A DNA stretch of 63,426 nucleotides, counting the filler, from Octopus bimaculoides (taxonomy: Eukaryota), in the NCBI RefSeq assembly GCF_001194135.2. It is 4 parts of 4 records of this genome, joined end to end, with 100 filler letters (N's around TTAATTAATTAA, not from the genome) between each part and the next. Parts side by side here need not be neighbours in the genome. Positions count along the whole stretch, not along the records: positions 23,768 to 55,449 come from NC_068983.1; 3 more parts are not named here. One strand, written 5' to 3'. Made by a program: the position numbers and the translations under genes. Shown here one piece after another: positions 24,972 through 39,373 of the stretch (position 1 is its first letter; each line of letters opens with the position of its first letter). Under the pieces are notes generated by a model, which was not told the origin of the DNA, did not search any database, and saw only the letters and a list, made by a program, of their open reading frames with translations.

Positions 24972-25399
24972 GGTACCGAAATGAAAATCGTTGAATGAAT
25001 TTAAAAATACTTGAGAAAAGGTGACTCGAAACAAGCCAAAATCAAAGACGTAGAGGTCACAGCATTTTCAGTAAGAAAGGAGACAAGCATATCTGTAGGC
25101 CAGATATTCGAATGTGTCCCTGAACAAATTCACGCAAATAAATTAAATGTACTGTCTTCCAATGTGATGGAAAGTATCTGTGTACAGTGTGTAGCAGCCC
25201 CGTTCTAAATGCTAATATACTAATTTATTGTGGGTTCTTCTCGAGTTCTCTATATGCAGTGAAATAAAGTGAGATAATGTTTTATTTTGGTTTCCTTTTG
25301 ACCTGAGTGTAATAATTATGTTTTTGTTTTTTTTTTGTTTTTTTGTTTTTTACTGTTGGACAAGATTTCATTGAAAGATTCCATTGCAGAACGTTTTCA

Positions 25400-26060
25400 A
25401 GGGATGTTCATAACTTCAACGTAAATTTGAAGTAAATTTGACATGAAGGGTGGATTGACGGGTGATATCATTTGCGAAGAAGGATTTTTGAAGGTAGAGA
25501 TAAATAAGTCGATAGTCTATTGTAGAATGTATATAAGAAATAGAACTGAACCCACGGGTGCTTCAGTGTGAGACCTCCAAAAGTACACGCCTCGATCGTA
25601 ATAAGAGGTAAAATGTGCAAAAGATGGAAACAGATGAGGTTCAAAAGCGGGCAGTTTTGTCAAGCAATTTGCGTTGCAGGGGCGCTGGAAAATTTTGACG
25701 GTATTATGGGAGACATTATGGCATTCGCCCAATTTCTTAAGGGCATGAGTCTTCTGGTGAGTAACATAGAAGAAATCTTGCAAATGCGACCTTACGAAAG
25801 ACCTGCTGGTGTTCAAGATGGGTAAGGAGTTCTAATTGCTGGAGATTGTTGATAATGGCCGTCGCCATGATTTCTGCAATGTTTGAAGTGATTAGAATAG
25901 AACGATATCCGGTAGAGTCAAAGGTCTTCATCCCTTCTTGGGAACGCGTCACATTGTGGCTAGTTTCCAACGATCGGAAGAAATCCCTGAGGAGAGAGAC
26001 GGACAAAGCGACAAGAAATATTGAAAAGGTTAATAAGGAACTAATTCTGGGACGCATTAT
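25400..26060 (-). mobile_element. CR1/Jockey-group LINE reverse transcriptase remnant
   Basis: STGYRSILITSNIAEIMATAIINNLQQLELLTHLEHQQVFRK (cf. NYRPISITS..K.ME..IN..L....HQYGFRK), then LGECHNV....KIFQRP...LTKLPAF...EAPVGSV..LFLIYI (cf. GVPQGSVL.P.LFLIYIN). Confidence 0.7.
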
Positions 26061-28182
26061 GTGAAGATATTAGAAAAGACACTTTCTTAACTGAGAACCT
26101 TGTTGAGCTTCTTATGATGTCAACATATTTAAGTGTGCGCGCGGGAGTATGCCTCTGCGTATGCGTGTGCGCACGCGGGCGCATGTGTGTATGTGTGTAT
26201 GTATGCATTTAGCTATTTATATAAATAACTAATGTAAATTGATCTGCAGAGTATATATTATCAACCACCACGCATTATTTTATGGTTATTTAGATAAGTA
26301 CCTAAATACATGCTTAAAAATATATACGCATACACACATGCACGAGTGATTAGTGTACATTGATCTACGTGGTATACATTCACAAACCCACATACATTAT
26401 ATGTATGCATGAACTAGTTTTAAGTGTTTGTATGAAAATGAGGGAATATCTATAGATCTCTATACGTATGTGATTGTGTGTGTGCGTGCGTATGTAAGTA
26501 ACACATTAAACAACAAAATAAACCTAAATACATTAAAAAATGCTTTTAAAGAGGCATTCTAATTTTTATTTTTCTTATTCACTTAATAAAATCTTGAAAA
26601 ATTATTTTTCTGAATGCATTACCCACTTACACGATATCAATTATGTAGCATATTTTGATAGTGGCGTTGTTGAAGTGACAAGAAGTGTTTCATTTGATCG
26701 ATAAGCTGAACATTGATTAAGATTTTCTTATCTGCTTTACCATTTTTAAAAAACTTTCAGTTGTATATAATCTACAGTTTCTTCAGTAATACATATTTTT
26801 TCATGCTAAAATTACACTTTCAATATTGTTTTTCGCTCGTATAAAATTTTAGTAGATTGGAGTGTAGAGAATTAGCACTGTGATTGGTTTACTAGTTACA
26901 TATGACTTTCGTCTGGGAGTCTACACAGATGCGGTGATGATAGAATTATAACTAGAATAAAATGTGGAACACAGAAACACTGATAATGGTGTACTTCGCA
27001 TTAGTCTACAGGAGAGTTCATAGAGAATTAGTGATGTGAAGTTGAGAACGAAAGAACTTAATGTTTAACGTCCTTGATCATTAGCTGATAGGAAAACAGA
27101 AAGATCAAAGTTATCGCTTTTGCTTCAAGCATAGAAGACATCTAACACCCTGTATAGATTTTGACATGAGTGTGTTTTATTATCTATATCTCAAACGAAC
27201 CTTATTATAAATCTGGTCAATCTGCTAACAGATTGCAGTTTGAAACGATAGTATGAATCTAATGACATAGTAATTAGAACGCATACACATAATTGTGCGC
27301 GCGCACAACTACACACGGTGATAGAACTTTCTGTTGATTTCGGTAGGCATATGCTCCAGGTGTTCATCAAATGGTCAGTCTACTCATTGAAACTCATTGA
27401 ATTTCAGAGTAATGAGACGTACATTCCCTAGTTCGAGGTATGCTTAATGTAACACTCGGCTACACTCAACGTCACGCGATGTAACAAGGCTTGATCACAC
27501 GTATGAACCATGCAATGTTCTGCCAAATAGTCCTTACCTAATTTCACCTGAAAGCTTAGGTCAACTTAAGGTTATTTGTGCGTGTGTATGTATGTATATG
27601 TATAGCACACTGTAAAACGTGCGCTGGAAGGAGCGAAGTGAACACTTTTGTTGACTTCGTTCCCTACCGTTTAGGTACGGTAGAAAAACATTCCTCATTC
27701 TACTCTCAGTATGTTCGATGCGGTTTGACAGCAATCCTCGTTATTCTAGATGAACTAGTGTGCAGGATGGCATTTTACGAGATGAGTTAATATATCACCG
27801 AAAGCAACTTTGCGTCAATGTTGTTGCTCGATTTGGTACAAATAGCAATCATATACCACTTTAATTACATCTAGTAACTTAAAGGAATGGGCGTCATACT
27901 GGATAGTGTTGTCCTTGAAATACAGCCACTATATAGAAAGAAAAAGAAACATAGAAAACGTACCAGAATTTTTTATATATTTTACAAAGTGTACAGGTGT
28001 TTAAGTAAGGATATTGCCATAATTACATATGGAGGAGGAGGAGGAGGAGGAGGAGGAGGANNNNNNNNNNNNNNNNNNNNNNNNNNNNNNNNNNNNNNNN
28101 NNNNNNNNNNNNNNNNNNNNNNNNNNNNNNNNNNNNNNAGAAGAAGAAGAAGAAGAAGAAGAAGAAGAAGAAGAAGAAGAAG

Positions 28183-28213
<31 letters not shown>

Positions 28214-28234
28214 TCTACAATAAGGCCTGAAATA

Positions 28235-28415
28235 TTGGGGATGGGATAATTAACTACATCGACCCCTGTGCTCGACTGGTAATTACTTTATCGACACCGA
28301 GGGTCGATACGCAAACTTAATCTCGGTAATGTTTGAAATTAGAATCTAGGGAGTTGGAAGAAATGCCAGAAAGGATTTTTGTCCGACATGCTAATGATTC
28401 TGTCAGCCCTTCATT
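28235..28415 (-). mobile_element. Degenerate CORE-like tRNA SINE
   Basis: actacatcgacccctgtgctcgactggtaattactttatcgac...gctaatgattctgtcagc; similar to 50003-50180. Confidence 0.55.
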
Positions 28416-28895
28416 GGTAACAAAAAGCCACATCAGCAAGAAGATCAGCCATTTATATAAGATACATGCAACAGTTCATCATTCAGCTGATGCAACAGTA
28501 AGAGGGCATGGTGAGAAACACTTCCGTTATATCACGTTACGAAAGAGTGTCTATACAAGCGCGTGTGAACGTGTGCGGGTCTACCGAAAAGTGAATGTGG
28601 GTAGATAGGAATATGGTATCCTTTGTGTGATCACCCAGTCATACTGCACTCCCATGCACTTTATCTTCTCACTTATTCTCTCCTCTATTCACCTATAATA
28701 ATGAGATCATGCTTAATTTGCATGCTGCTACGCAATTTGTTTATGCGATAATCTTTTGATAATGCTGAACCAAGGACCAACTTGCTTATAATAAAATCAA
28801 TCGGCTTACTGAAACATGTGTGCATCATATACGGCATAAAATATCAGTAACATTTTTTTGTGTCCATTATGTGTGTGTGTATGTGTTGTGTGTGT

Positions 28896-28942
<47 letters not shown>

Positions 28943-30104
28943 CGTGAGTGTGTGTGCGTTTGAGCGCGTGTGTCGTTATGTATGTATGCACATATATCAT
29001 TTTGGTCGAGTCAGTCTCTTGCTATTCTGGTTTTGTCTGTGGGTGTACAGTCATCAGAGAAATTGCTTCATATATCCATACATACAGGAACACACACACA
29101 CATACACACATACCTGCACACATATGTGAGTAGATAGACATATAGAAGGAAAACTATAAGAAGATCATAAGTTAATGAGGGGAGAAAAAAAAAACAAAAG
29201 TATATGAAGTTATAAAAGGAGAGTTATGAGAATATGTTCAATGAAACTATATATGTATAATAATGCAACAGAAGCGGATTTATCGCTTCCAGTTACTTTT
29301 TATCAAAGCATAGAAAAAAGGATTAAATAGGAACAATACCAAATTTATAACTGGCTACGATGCAGGCTGTATACCTGTATTATATACATGTCTATGTAGT
29401 CTGTACGTATATATCCATGCCTGTATACATGTATCTCTTTCCCTCTCTCAGTCTGTCTGCTTCTCTCTTCATATAAATATATACACACAAATACATAGAG
29501 TTGTGGTGGGATCCAAGATAGATTTATTGCAGTTGAACCCTTATAGAAAACCTTATGGGTTCAAGTTAAGCCTTTCTTTTATAGTCATGATTTCATCATT
29601 ATAAACTCCTTTTTTTTTTTTTGGCTATAACATGTTCGTTCCTAACATTTACCACCTCACGGCGATTTAATGCCTTATTCCATAGTTTTTTTGTTGTTTT
29701 TTTTTCTAGTCATACTTGGCCATTCACCTGTGATGAACACTGATGTCAAGCGAAAGCTTTACACTTATATTTTTACGTGATGAATTCATGTTTCACGGAG
29801 AAAGTAATTCTTTTGTTGTCTAATATTTATTTTTCCAGAGAGAAAACTAACCGTAGCCTTTGGAATCTATTTCTGGGTGCATTTTACGGGTATTTGGGAA
29901 GATTTAAAATATAGCAATAAAATATTTCATCACGCCTCTCCTACATTATAGGCTTTCCATTATGTAACATGTTACACATCGTATGTATTTTTTTTTTTTT
30001 TACATTTATGATATTCCACTATTATTGTTGTTTTTCTCCTTAGGTTGGACCTGAATCATCAGTTTTATGATCAAAGACATTTCACCCGTAACCAACCTGC
30101 TATA

Positions 30105-30156
<52 letters not shown>

Positions 30157-30399
30157 TATTTATTCAGGAAGACATTATTTTATGTTTCTTTCATTTTTAA
30201 AATAGTGTGTGATATGAGGGATGTTTGGTTGATATTTCTGGCCGGTCTTAGCGATGACGAAGAAATCTTGTATTAACATAATTAACGATGTTTTTGTTGC
30301 CAAAGTTGTTGTCTTATTCCTTCTCACAGAACAGCACCGGTTGAACAGCCTTGTGATCATCAACCATAACCATCCCGTCTATCTGCATATTTAGAGCTA

Positions 30400-30451
<52 letters not shown>

Positions 30452-30612
30452 TAAATATTAAAAACAAATATCTCGGTATAAGGGATACTGAAATTTTCAG
30501 CTTCAGAAAATAACTGTACTTAACTTTGTTTTGGTATTCGAGTACTATTTTCTCCACATGATTTTACTCTTGTGGACACCCAGATACACACAGACACACG
30601 CACAGACACACA

Positions 30613-30655
<43 letters not shown>

Positions 30656-31081
30656 ATACATACACACACACACATACAGACACACATATATCCATCAAAT
30701 TATAAACCATCGACTCATGATGTGATGTGTCATAAAAAAAACCGAATATATTCATATTGTTCATGCACACATGCACGTAACACTCACAAAGATTTACATG
30801 TGTGTGTGTGTGTGCGCGCATGTGCGTACACGTGTGACTGAACAATATATATATATATATATATACATATATATATACATATATATATATATATACATAT
30901 ATNNNNNNNNNNNNNNNNNNNNNNNNNNNNNNNNNNNNNNNNNNNNNNNNNNNNNNNNNNNNNNNNNNNNNNNNNNNNNNNNNNNNNNNNNNNNNNNNNN
31001 NNNNNNNNNNNNNNNNNNNNNNNNNNNNNNNNNNNNNNNNNNNNNNNNNNNNNNNNNNNNNNNNNNNNNNNNNNNNNNNNN

Positions 31082-31121
<40 letters not shown>

Positions 31122-31335
31122 GCATATTTATGACGCATCAAATCAGGAGCATTCCGTCATTGAGATGGATAGACTGTTACATCACACAGCCAACAGGTAT
31201 TATTCCTTTGTCTCACTGCCACCTCACACCAAACTAACACCATCCCTAACAGAACCACCACCTACAAAAGCATCGACTTTGTTGTTGTTGTAGTAGTGGT
31301 CGTCGTCGTCGTTGAATGAGTCCCCCGTCATCGTT

Positions 31336-31374
<39 letters not shown>

Positions 31375-31703
31375 GTCATCGTCATCATCATTATCATCCC
31401 AATTCAACGGTATCAATAACGATGCTGGTGTTCTTGTTATTTCTCCGTCTCATCGTAACTCTTGTCGGCAATTTTTTGGTGTTCGTGTTGCTGTTGATGT
31501 CGACGCCGATGAGGACAAGGATTAAGATGGTAATGCTAATGCTGCTGCTGATGATGATGACGATGATGCAATGCTAATATTGTAGCTAATGATGCTTTGT
31601 GATATTAATGCTGTTGTTGCCGATTAGTTTCTTTTTTTGCTTTAGTATTATTATTATTATTATTATTGAGTGAGAGAGCAGTGCATGCCATCATCATCAT
31701 CAC

Positions 31704-31797
<94 letters not shown>

Positions 31798-32166
31798 TTG
31801 CTTGTATTTTGCGAAGAGGGTGAACATTCTAGGTTATTGCTGTTAATGTGTTCTGTGTATGAATGTGTTTATGTATATATATATGTGAGTGTAAGTGCTT
31901 GTATGTGTGTGCGTGCATGAGCGTGTGTTTCTCCTTGTGTTTGAGTGTTATTTATTTATTAGTATGTTATTGTTACAGCCACTCTGATAGCCCCCTTATG
32001 AAATATGATATTAACAGACATTTCACGAGGCGTATTTTGGTATTCGAATGGGAAGTCAGGTGCCTTTGAACTCTCGTGCATTATGTTGGTATTATAATGT
32101 AAAGGTAGGAAGAATATAACTATAATAGCTCATCTATTTTTTTTCTTTCTTTTCCTTTTCCTATAG

Positions 32167-32586
32167 GAACCAACGAAACCACATTCCACCACCACCACCA
32201 CCACCATCATAAGTAGCAATGCACCCATCACATCCTATCATCTTTACGAAAACTATCAACGTGAATGTTACCGCAACACACCCAACCAACATCAACGACA
32301 TTGAAAACAGCAAGATGAAAAAAAAAAAAAAAGCAACAGAAAATCCATATATTTATCGCGGAGATAAGCATAGCCATAGGAAAAGATTGGAAGAATAGGG
32401 CAGAAAGAAAGCAAAAAAAAAAAACAAAAAAAAAACAGAACAAAAAAACAGAAACAAATCGAAAACTTTTCAATGCTAACACACATATCAGAGACCAGGG
32501 GCGATAATGTTTTAGCACTGAATGAAAAGTATCGCATGAATATAGAGAAAGAGAGGGGTGTGCACGCGTGTATGTGTGTATATATG

Positions 32587-32623
<37 letters not shown>

Positions 32624-33270
32624 GCACAACCATATACACATAGGCAAACACACGCACGCATATGTATATTGAAAGATGCAGGTGCAGATATAAATAGACG
32701 TTTATATATACACGTTTTAACAGACGCACATGTATACCTACATATACATACATATATAAAAGAAAGTCTGTATATCCTGTAATATACATATCTATATACA
32801 CGCACATACATATACACCCACGATATATATATAGTTACACTCAAATGTGCATACATATGTGTGCATTGCGTATGTATTTATGCATGTGCGTCTATGAAGG
32901 TATCTGGATGTGTTTGCAAAATATTCATGTGAAAATATAAGTATATAGTGTTACTTCACAGCTTGTTTTTGAATATGTGAACTCATTCATAGCTACCCTT
33001 TTTCTTTTATTGCTTTGTCTGTATGTCTCTTTTGTAAGTGGGTGTATTATTATTTTATTATTTTAATATTTATTACTTTGTATTTTTGTTATAGGTTTTT
33101 TAGTGTATTTACTTATTAAATTTTTCTATATGTGACTGTGGATTTTCATGGACGAATTCAAGAATTGTGGGGTTTTTTCTCTAAATTATATATTTATATA
33201 TTATATATTGTGAAATTTAATTTAATTTTAATTTTGATAAATTAAATTAAATTGAATTTTTACCTGTAAA
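32167..33270 (+). other. Candidate terminal exon (short coding end plus AT-rich 3' UTR) of an unidentified host gene
   Basis: Branch-like gctcat, a 30-nt polypyrimidine tract and CTATAG|G at 32166. All three frames stop within about 140 nt. A long U-rich tract follows, with ATTAAA at 33115 and about 33240. There is no protein homology evidence. Confidence 0.3.
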
Positions 33271-33307
33271 TTTGGGTTTTTATCCCTAATATTATTATCA
33301 TAATTAC

Positions 33308-33352
<45 letters not shown>

Positions 33353-33599
33353 TATATACACATGTAGAAATGTACATAGGTGTGTGTGTGTGTGTGCACC
33401 GGTGTGTATATGCGTGTATCTCTACGTGCATATGCATACTGTATATGTGTAAATATAATTGTCTTGTGACCGCTTATAATTATGTATGGGTGAGTATTGA
33501 AAGGACAGAAACTTAGTATTTAATATACTTGTGTATATTTGTTTATTGGCATCTAAAATTCCTTACTGTCGCTACTGGGAGAATCTCAGCCTGAAAGCG

Positions 33600-34900
33600 T
33601 TCGGCAATGTGATTACAAAGTCTCAGTAATTAGTGGATATTATAATTATATATTTTATTGTAGTTAAAACGGAGAGTCCGAAGAAAATAGTGAACGCCAG
33701 AAAAACTATTTTTAAATATTTCAAATATCGGATGACACGATTACTGACGTTTCGACCAAAAGCCTTCGTTTTACAGAGATCATATTTTTGAAAATCTTGA
33801 TAGTAGCACTGAACACACAAGCTCCCACTCTCGTGTGTGTTTGTGTTGTATAATATTCACATTCCGTCTTTTCTCTAACGAAATCATTCAATATTGAGAA
33901 CTCTTGTTACAGTTTTCATATCTCTAATCAAATGTAGCTATTTAGTCAAAGTGATATACTTGGTACAATAGTAACCAAGGTCTGCGATAACATTTTTTAC
34001 AACCACATACGAAATTCAATCCCTGTTCTAGTTACTTTGATGCTCTTCAAGCAATATTTATTTTCATATACATTCTGCATTCTGAGAGTATCGATTGTAT
34101 TTCTTTTATCAAATATCTTAAAATCTATATGACAATAATATATTTATCGTCAAGGGAACGTGTTTTTGCCCAGCTGCGATAAAGAATTTGCGGTTTCACT
34201 GTACCAGCTTCTTAATGTGATTTTATGAATCTAATTTCTCTTCAAGTTCCAGATATGTTTGGATAGTCATGTATACTCTGTTTCGCTTCTGTTCTGAGGC
34301 ACCATTTAATTAACAGAGTGCTGTATTGTTACAGTTGCATTCTGCCTCAATCTATTTAGAAGCTTTTAGATTTTGCAGTTGAGAGAGGGAATTTTTTCTT
34401 CTAATGAACATAAGGAAATTTCTTGAACGATACATTCATGATAAAGTATGGAGAGAAGTAGATAGATATTTTTTGCAATATATCTAATATTTGCATATGC
34501 TCTTAAACTTGTACAAAAGACAAGCCTGCATGTTCACATACCCTTTCATCATTGCACATACCTATATTGATATCCAATGGCTGGTTATTCTTCTTTCGCT
34601 ACAAAGATCCATCAAAGAACAAGAGATGCTTCCTAGCATGCATTATTATGAGTAAATGTTATTGCCGCAAATGGTGGTGAATATCCTACAAGGCTATTAA
34701 AGAAATCGTTTAGTAATTGACGGGTAGAATTTCACTATGTCCATCTGTGTACATTTATAAAGACATTTCATCTTTATGGGCTTGATCTACTTCATAACTG
34801 GGATATAGTGCTTCCATTGTTATTATCTCTTGTAGCATGTTAATTTTCAAATTGATGCCATAAAGCATACACTCATGCAAGATTTATTATTCTACATTTA
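33600..34900 (-). mobile_element. Old, heavily degraded Naiad-like Penelope-like element
   Basis: Minus frames read IMHARKHLLFFDGSL*RKKNNQPLDINIGMCNDERVCEHAGL (cf. HARKSLLF...W.KK...FDV.MGS.DGAEVCELVGL), EILPVNY and IFDKRNTI. A GAAACGTC hammerhead remnant lies at about 33750 on the same strand. Confidence 0.55.
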
Positions 34901-35335
34901 ACGTCTACAATGAAGTTCTCTTGTGATATTGCAGGGGTTATGTAAAACTTATACGTAGCTGAAACTCCGAATTCATCGTCTATTTTATCGCAAGTGATTG
35001 CACATGCATTGATGTATGTTAGTGCGAGTATATATATATATATATATAGATAGATAGATAGATATATGTATATATATNNNNNNNNNNNNNNNNNNNNNNN
35101 NNNNNNNNNNNNNNNNNNNNNNNNNNNNNNNNNNNNNNNNNNNNNNNNNNNNNNNNNNNNNNNNNNNNNNNNNNNNNATAGATAGATAGATAGATATGTT
35201 TCTTTATTAACCACACAGGGCTCAACACAAAGGGGACAAAGTACAAAGAGCTTTTCTTTTTGGGAAGGGAAGTACGAAAGAAAATGGGGGTAGATTTTCG
35301 ATCAAAAGGGATGGTAAAGAGAGGGGAAAGAAGAG

Positions 35336-35378
<43 letters not shown>

Positions 35379-35579
35379 GGGTAGAGAGACAGAAAATATC
35401 AGATGTAAAGAAATAAACGCAACGTCAAGTAATTTTCTCAATAGACAGAAACGCCCGCAGTAGAAGACCCGCCTAAACGTTATGCATCTCTAGCATGCAT
35501 GCATACGTACATACATGCATACATGTTCAACGTGCATTTAACGATAAGTTTAAAATGTTCAGTGGAATGAAAGTTTTAA

Positions 35580-37100
35580 AAAAAAGATATCTTGCGAAAA
35601 TTGTGATATTGTCGCTTTGTTACAGAAATGCATTCGATTCTATTCCTCAGGAAAGACTGCCGAAGTCACCTCAGCTGACAAAAGTACCAGTACCTACTGT
35701 CTTTAATTATACGTGAAAATTACATAGGTGTAAGGACATGTTGCTGTTCAAGCCGAATGCATTTACCAACACCAGTGGGATACAGACAGATTATCTTTCA
35801 CACGCAATTAGAAGCGTGTCCTTAAAACTGAGTAAATATGCTCCAAGACCTGGGTTTTAAGACTAAATCAATATATCCAGCAGAGAATATGTATCAACAA
35901 TTTTTCGCCAAAGTGTATGAGCACGAAAATAAAAAAATCATTTGGATCTTGAGAAGAGACAAGAGATAATAACTGATCCAGATCTCTTTGCAAGGGAAGT
36001 TGAAGCTTAATATTTGCTGCAGCAAGGAAACACAGTACGAATATAGTTCAATGAGAAAATTGTACATAACTAAAAGCAAAAAGATATAGCGGGAACAAGC
36101 AGCTTGGAAGGCCAGACTGATATGCCAAATTGGCTTACCATAGTACGGACAAATCTTACAGTAAATAATAGAAAAATTGCCTAGGCAGAAAAATATAGGT
36201 CCATTCCTTGCCTAAATATTGTTTACAAAGTTTGCAAAAGCTGTTTCAACTAAAATCATCGTCTAACAAATTAGGAAGTACTGAGCACACAGATGAAATG
36301 GAGAGTGGGAGAGGTGTGCATTTAACTTTCCATAAATAAAAGTTGTATTGCCTGAGTAAGAAAATGTTGTAGAAAGCTTGTGACACTGTCCGTTGATTAC
36401 AGGAAAGCATTCGATTCTATACTTCAATGATGCCTTCTGAAACCACTGAATCTGACAAAAGTACCAGCTGTCTTAAACGGTGACACTGAAAGGCTTAACA
36501 GGCATACATAGCCAAAAAGGTTCACAATTATAATTAAAGGAGTACGATTGTTTAAAATGTTATAAATGCTTCAAAGGGAATATTCCAAGGAGTCCCTCTA
36601 TGTGTGAATCTGATTATTATAGCGCATTCAACAAAGAACTTGAAGAAAATAATTATACAAGATTATATTTTCCACAAATTTCAGGATGCTGATGCTATTA
36701 ACATGAAGTGTAGCCTCTACTGGACTCATGACTATTAACATCCTACACATTTCTAACGTTACGCATTTGCAATTCAAAAGCAGAAGATAGTTATAGAATG
36801 CCTGATAAACAACAGAAAGAGTGGAGTCTTTAAATCGGGAAGATGTGAACCGCAAAAAACATTACATACGTGATAAGCATCTACCCAAAAATGTCATTGA
36901 GTACTACCTTGCCTGACGACAGGATATTGCTGAAGCAATATATAGTGCCATCTCTAGGCAAGACCAGCTTTGTAATTGAATACATAAATACAAACAGAAC
37001 ATATAAAATCAAGGATGATCGGAGTAATATTTTCTTCAAAACCTCTGCCTAATGCAACCATAGCAGGACTGACATAAATTATTCGTGACAAGGAAGGGAA
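35580..37100 (+). mobile_element. R4/Dong-like non-LTR RT remnant(s)
   Basis: MPNWLT..RTNL, KYRSIPCLNIVYK, VDYRKAFDSI and GIFQG occur in order at 36120-36600. A second YRNAFDSIP copy lies at about 35620. Confidence 0.55.
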
Positions 37101-37950
37101 ATCATGGACAGTAACCTGCTCTGCAGATCTGCACATTTCTTTAAAAATCATTACGAAGAAAATTATTCACTGACAAATCCTTGGAAACCTGCAGCTGCTC
37201 CACTCTGATTATGAATTCATATTTGCACCACTGATTATTGACACACTTTACTATGTTACGAAATATTTACGTCAAAATTTTGAAAAGCTAGAATTTTCGG
37301 TTGGAGAAAGTGACCGGCTAATGCGCACTTTAGAAATATATTTTGTATGTAAAGGGTAAAAATATATTCAATACTTTTCTAATGTTCAACGTGTAACGCT
37401 TATCTTTGTAGTTACTAAAATTCTAGCAATGGACCTTTGTTTCTTCATTAGAAAACTGCAACCCTTTTATAGAAAAATCAAATAATAAGAGAAAGACAGA
37501 AATTTGAATCCCAGTACAGTATACATAAAGAGATAAATATACACTCACACAAACACAAACACACAAAGTATTCCCAGACAACAAGTCTCAACAAAATGTC
37601 ATGATGCAACCTTGCACTTTTGATAACATGAAGTGCTAGACAGCATAATATTTCTACAATTATTATGTAATTACTGGGGCATATCTACGATATTCTAAGA
37701 ATATCTAAGATATTCTAAGAATATCTGAAGAAGGAATTGTATTCTGAAATATCATCGGAGTATGTATAACTAAATTACAACAGGTGTATAGTCCATTTTT
37801 TGTATAAATACTGCAAAAGGATTTGCACAATAATTTTTGATAGAAATCCTCGGGACCAACGAAAGAGAGGAGGTATAAGATGAGTATATTTATTCTACCA
37901 GTTGATAACGATATAATTACGATCATTTCACAGTTATAATTATAAGATAT

Positions 37951-37994
<44 letters not shown>

Positions 37995-38541
37995 TTTAGA
38001 TTCCAATAAGGTAAATGTCCTGGATTAACTTCTTACACTTCAATATCAAATATACAGTTAGTCGAATTAGAAGTCATAGGCCTTGTAATCTTCCAACGCT
38101 CCCATTCCACGGCCATTTCACTTAAAATTAATTTACATTCATCTATTACGTAATAATTACTTCATTTCATTTGAAATAATAAATATTATCCAATGAAAAT
38201 GTCGAATAGTATATGCAAATATTGAACTGTCAAAATCTCTTCAAAATGGTAATTTTTTCACTCGCTATTTTGCAGTAACTACATTTTATTCTTCCTCTCA
38301 CTATTGCTCTGCCTCTCTTCATACATTCTTTCTAGCATTCCATATATAAACATACATACATACATACATACATACATAAATATATATATATATATATACA
38401 TGCGCAGATACCTACATATATAAGCATGCATAGACACACGGAGTAACTCACATATTTACACATGAGATAATTATAGGCAATACATACATATGTACATGCA
38501 TACATATATACATGTTTTTAAATAATATATAAATATGTACA

Positions 38542-38577
<36 letters not shown>

Positions 38578-39337
38578 TGTATTATCCATGTATTATGTAT
38601 GTATATACATATATATACATATATATATGCATATATATACATACATATACATAAATACATATACATATACATATATATACATTCATATACATGCATATAT
38701 ATATATANNNNNNNNNNNNNNNNNNNNNNNNNNNNNNNNNNNNNNNNNNNNNNNNNNNNNNNNNNNNNNNNNNNNNNNNNNNNNNNNNNNNNNNNNNNNN
38801 NNNNNNNNNNNNNNNNNNNNNNNNNNNNNNNNNNNNNNNNNNNNNNNNNNNNNNNNNNNNNNNNNNNNNNNNNNNNNNNNNNNNNNNNNNNNNNNNNNNN
38901 NNNNNNNNNNNNNNNNNNNNNNNNNNNNNNNNNNNNNNNNNNNNNNNNNNNNNNNNNNNNNNNNNNNNNNNNNNNNNNNNNNNNNNNNNNNNNNNNNNNN
39001 NNNNNNNNNNNNNNNNNNNNNNNNNNNNNNNNNNNNNNNNNNNNNNNNNNNNNNNNNNNNNNNNNNNNNNNNNNNNNNNNNNNNNNNNNNNNNNNNNNNN
39101 NNNNNNNNNNNNNNNNNNNNNNNNNNNNNNNNNNNNNNNNNNNNNNNNNNNNNNNNNNNNNNNNNNNNNNNNNNNNNNNNNNNNNNNNNNNNNNNNNNNN
39201 NNNNNNNNNNNNNNNNNNNNNNNNNNNNNNNNNNNNNNNNNNNNNNNNNNNNNNNNNNNNNNNNNNNNNNNNNNNNNNNNNNNNNNNNNNNNNNNNNNNN
39301 NNNNNNNNNNNNNNNNNNNNNNNNNNNNNNNNNTACA

Positions 39338-39373
<36 letters not shown>

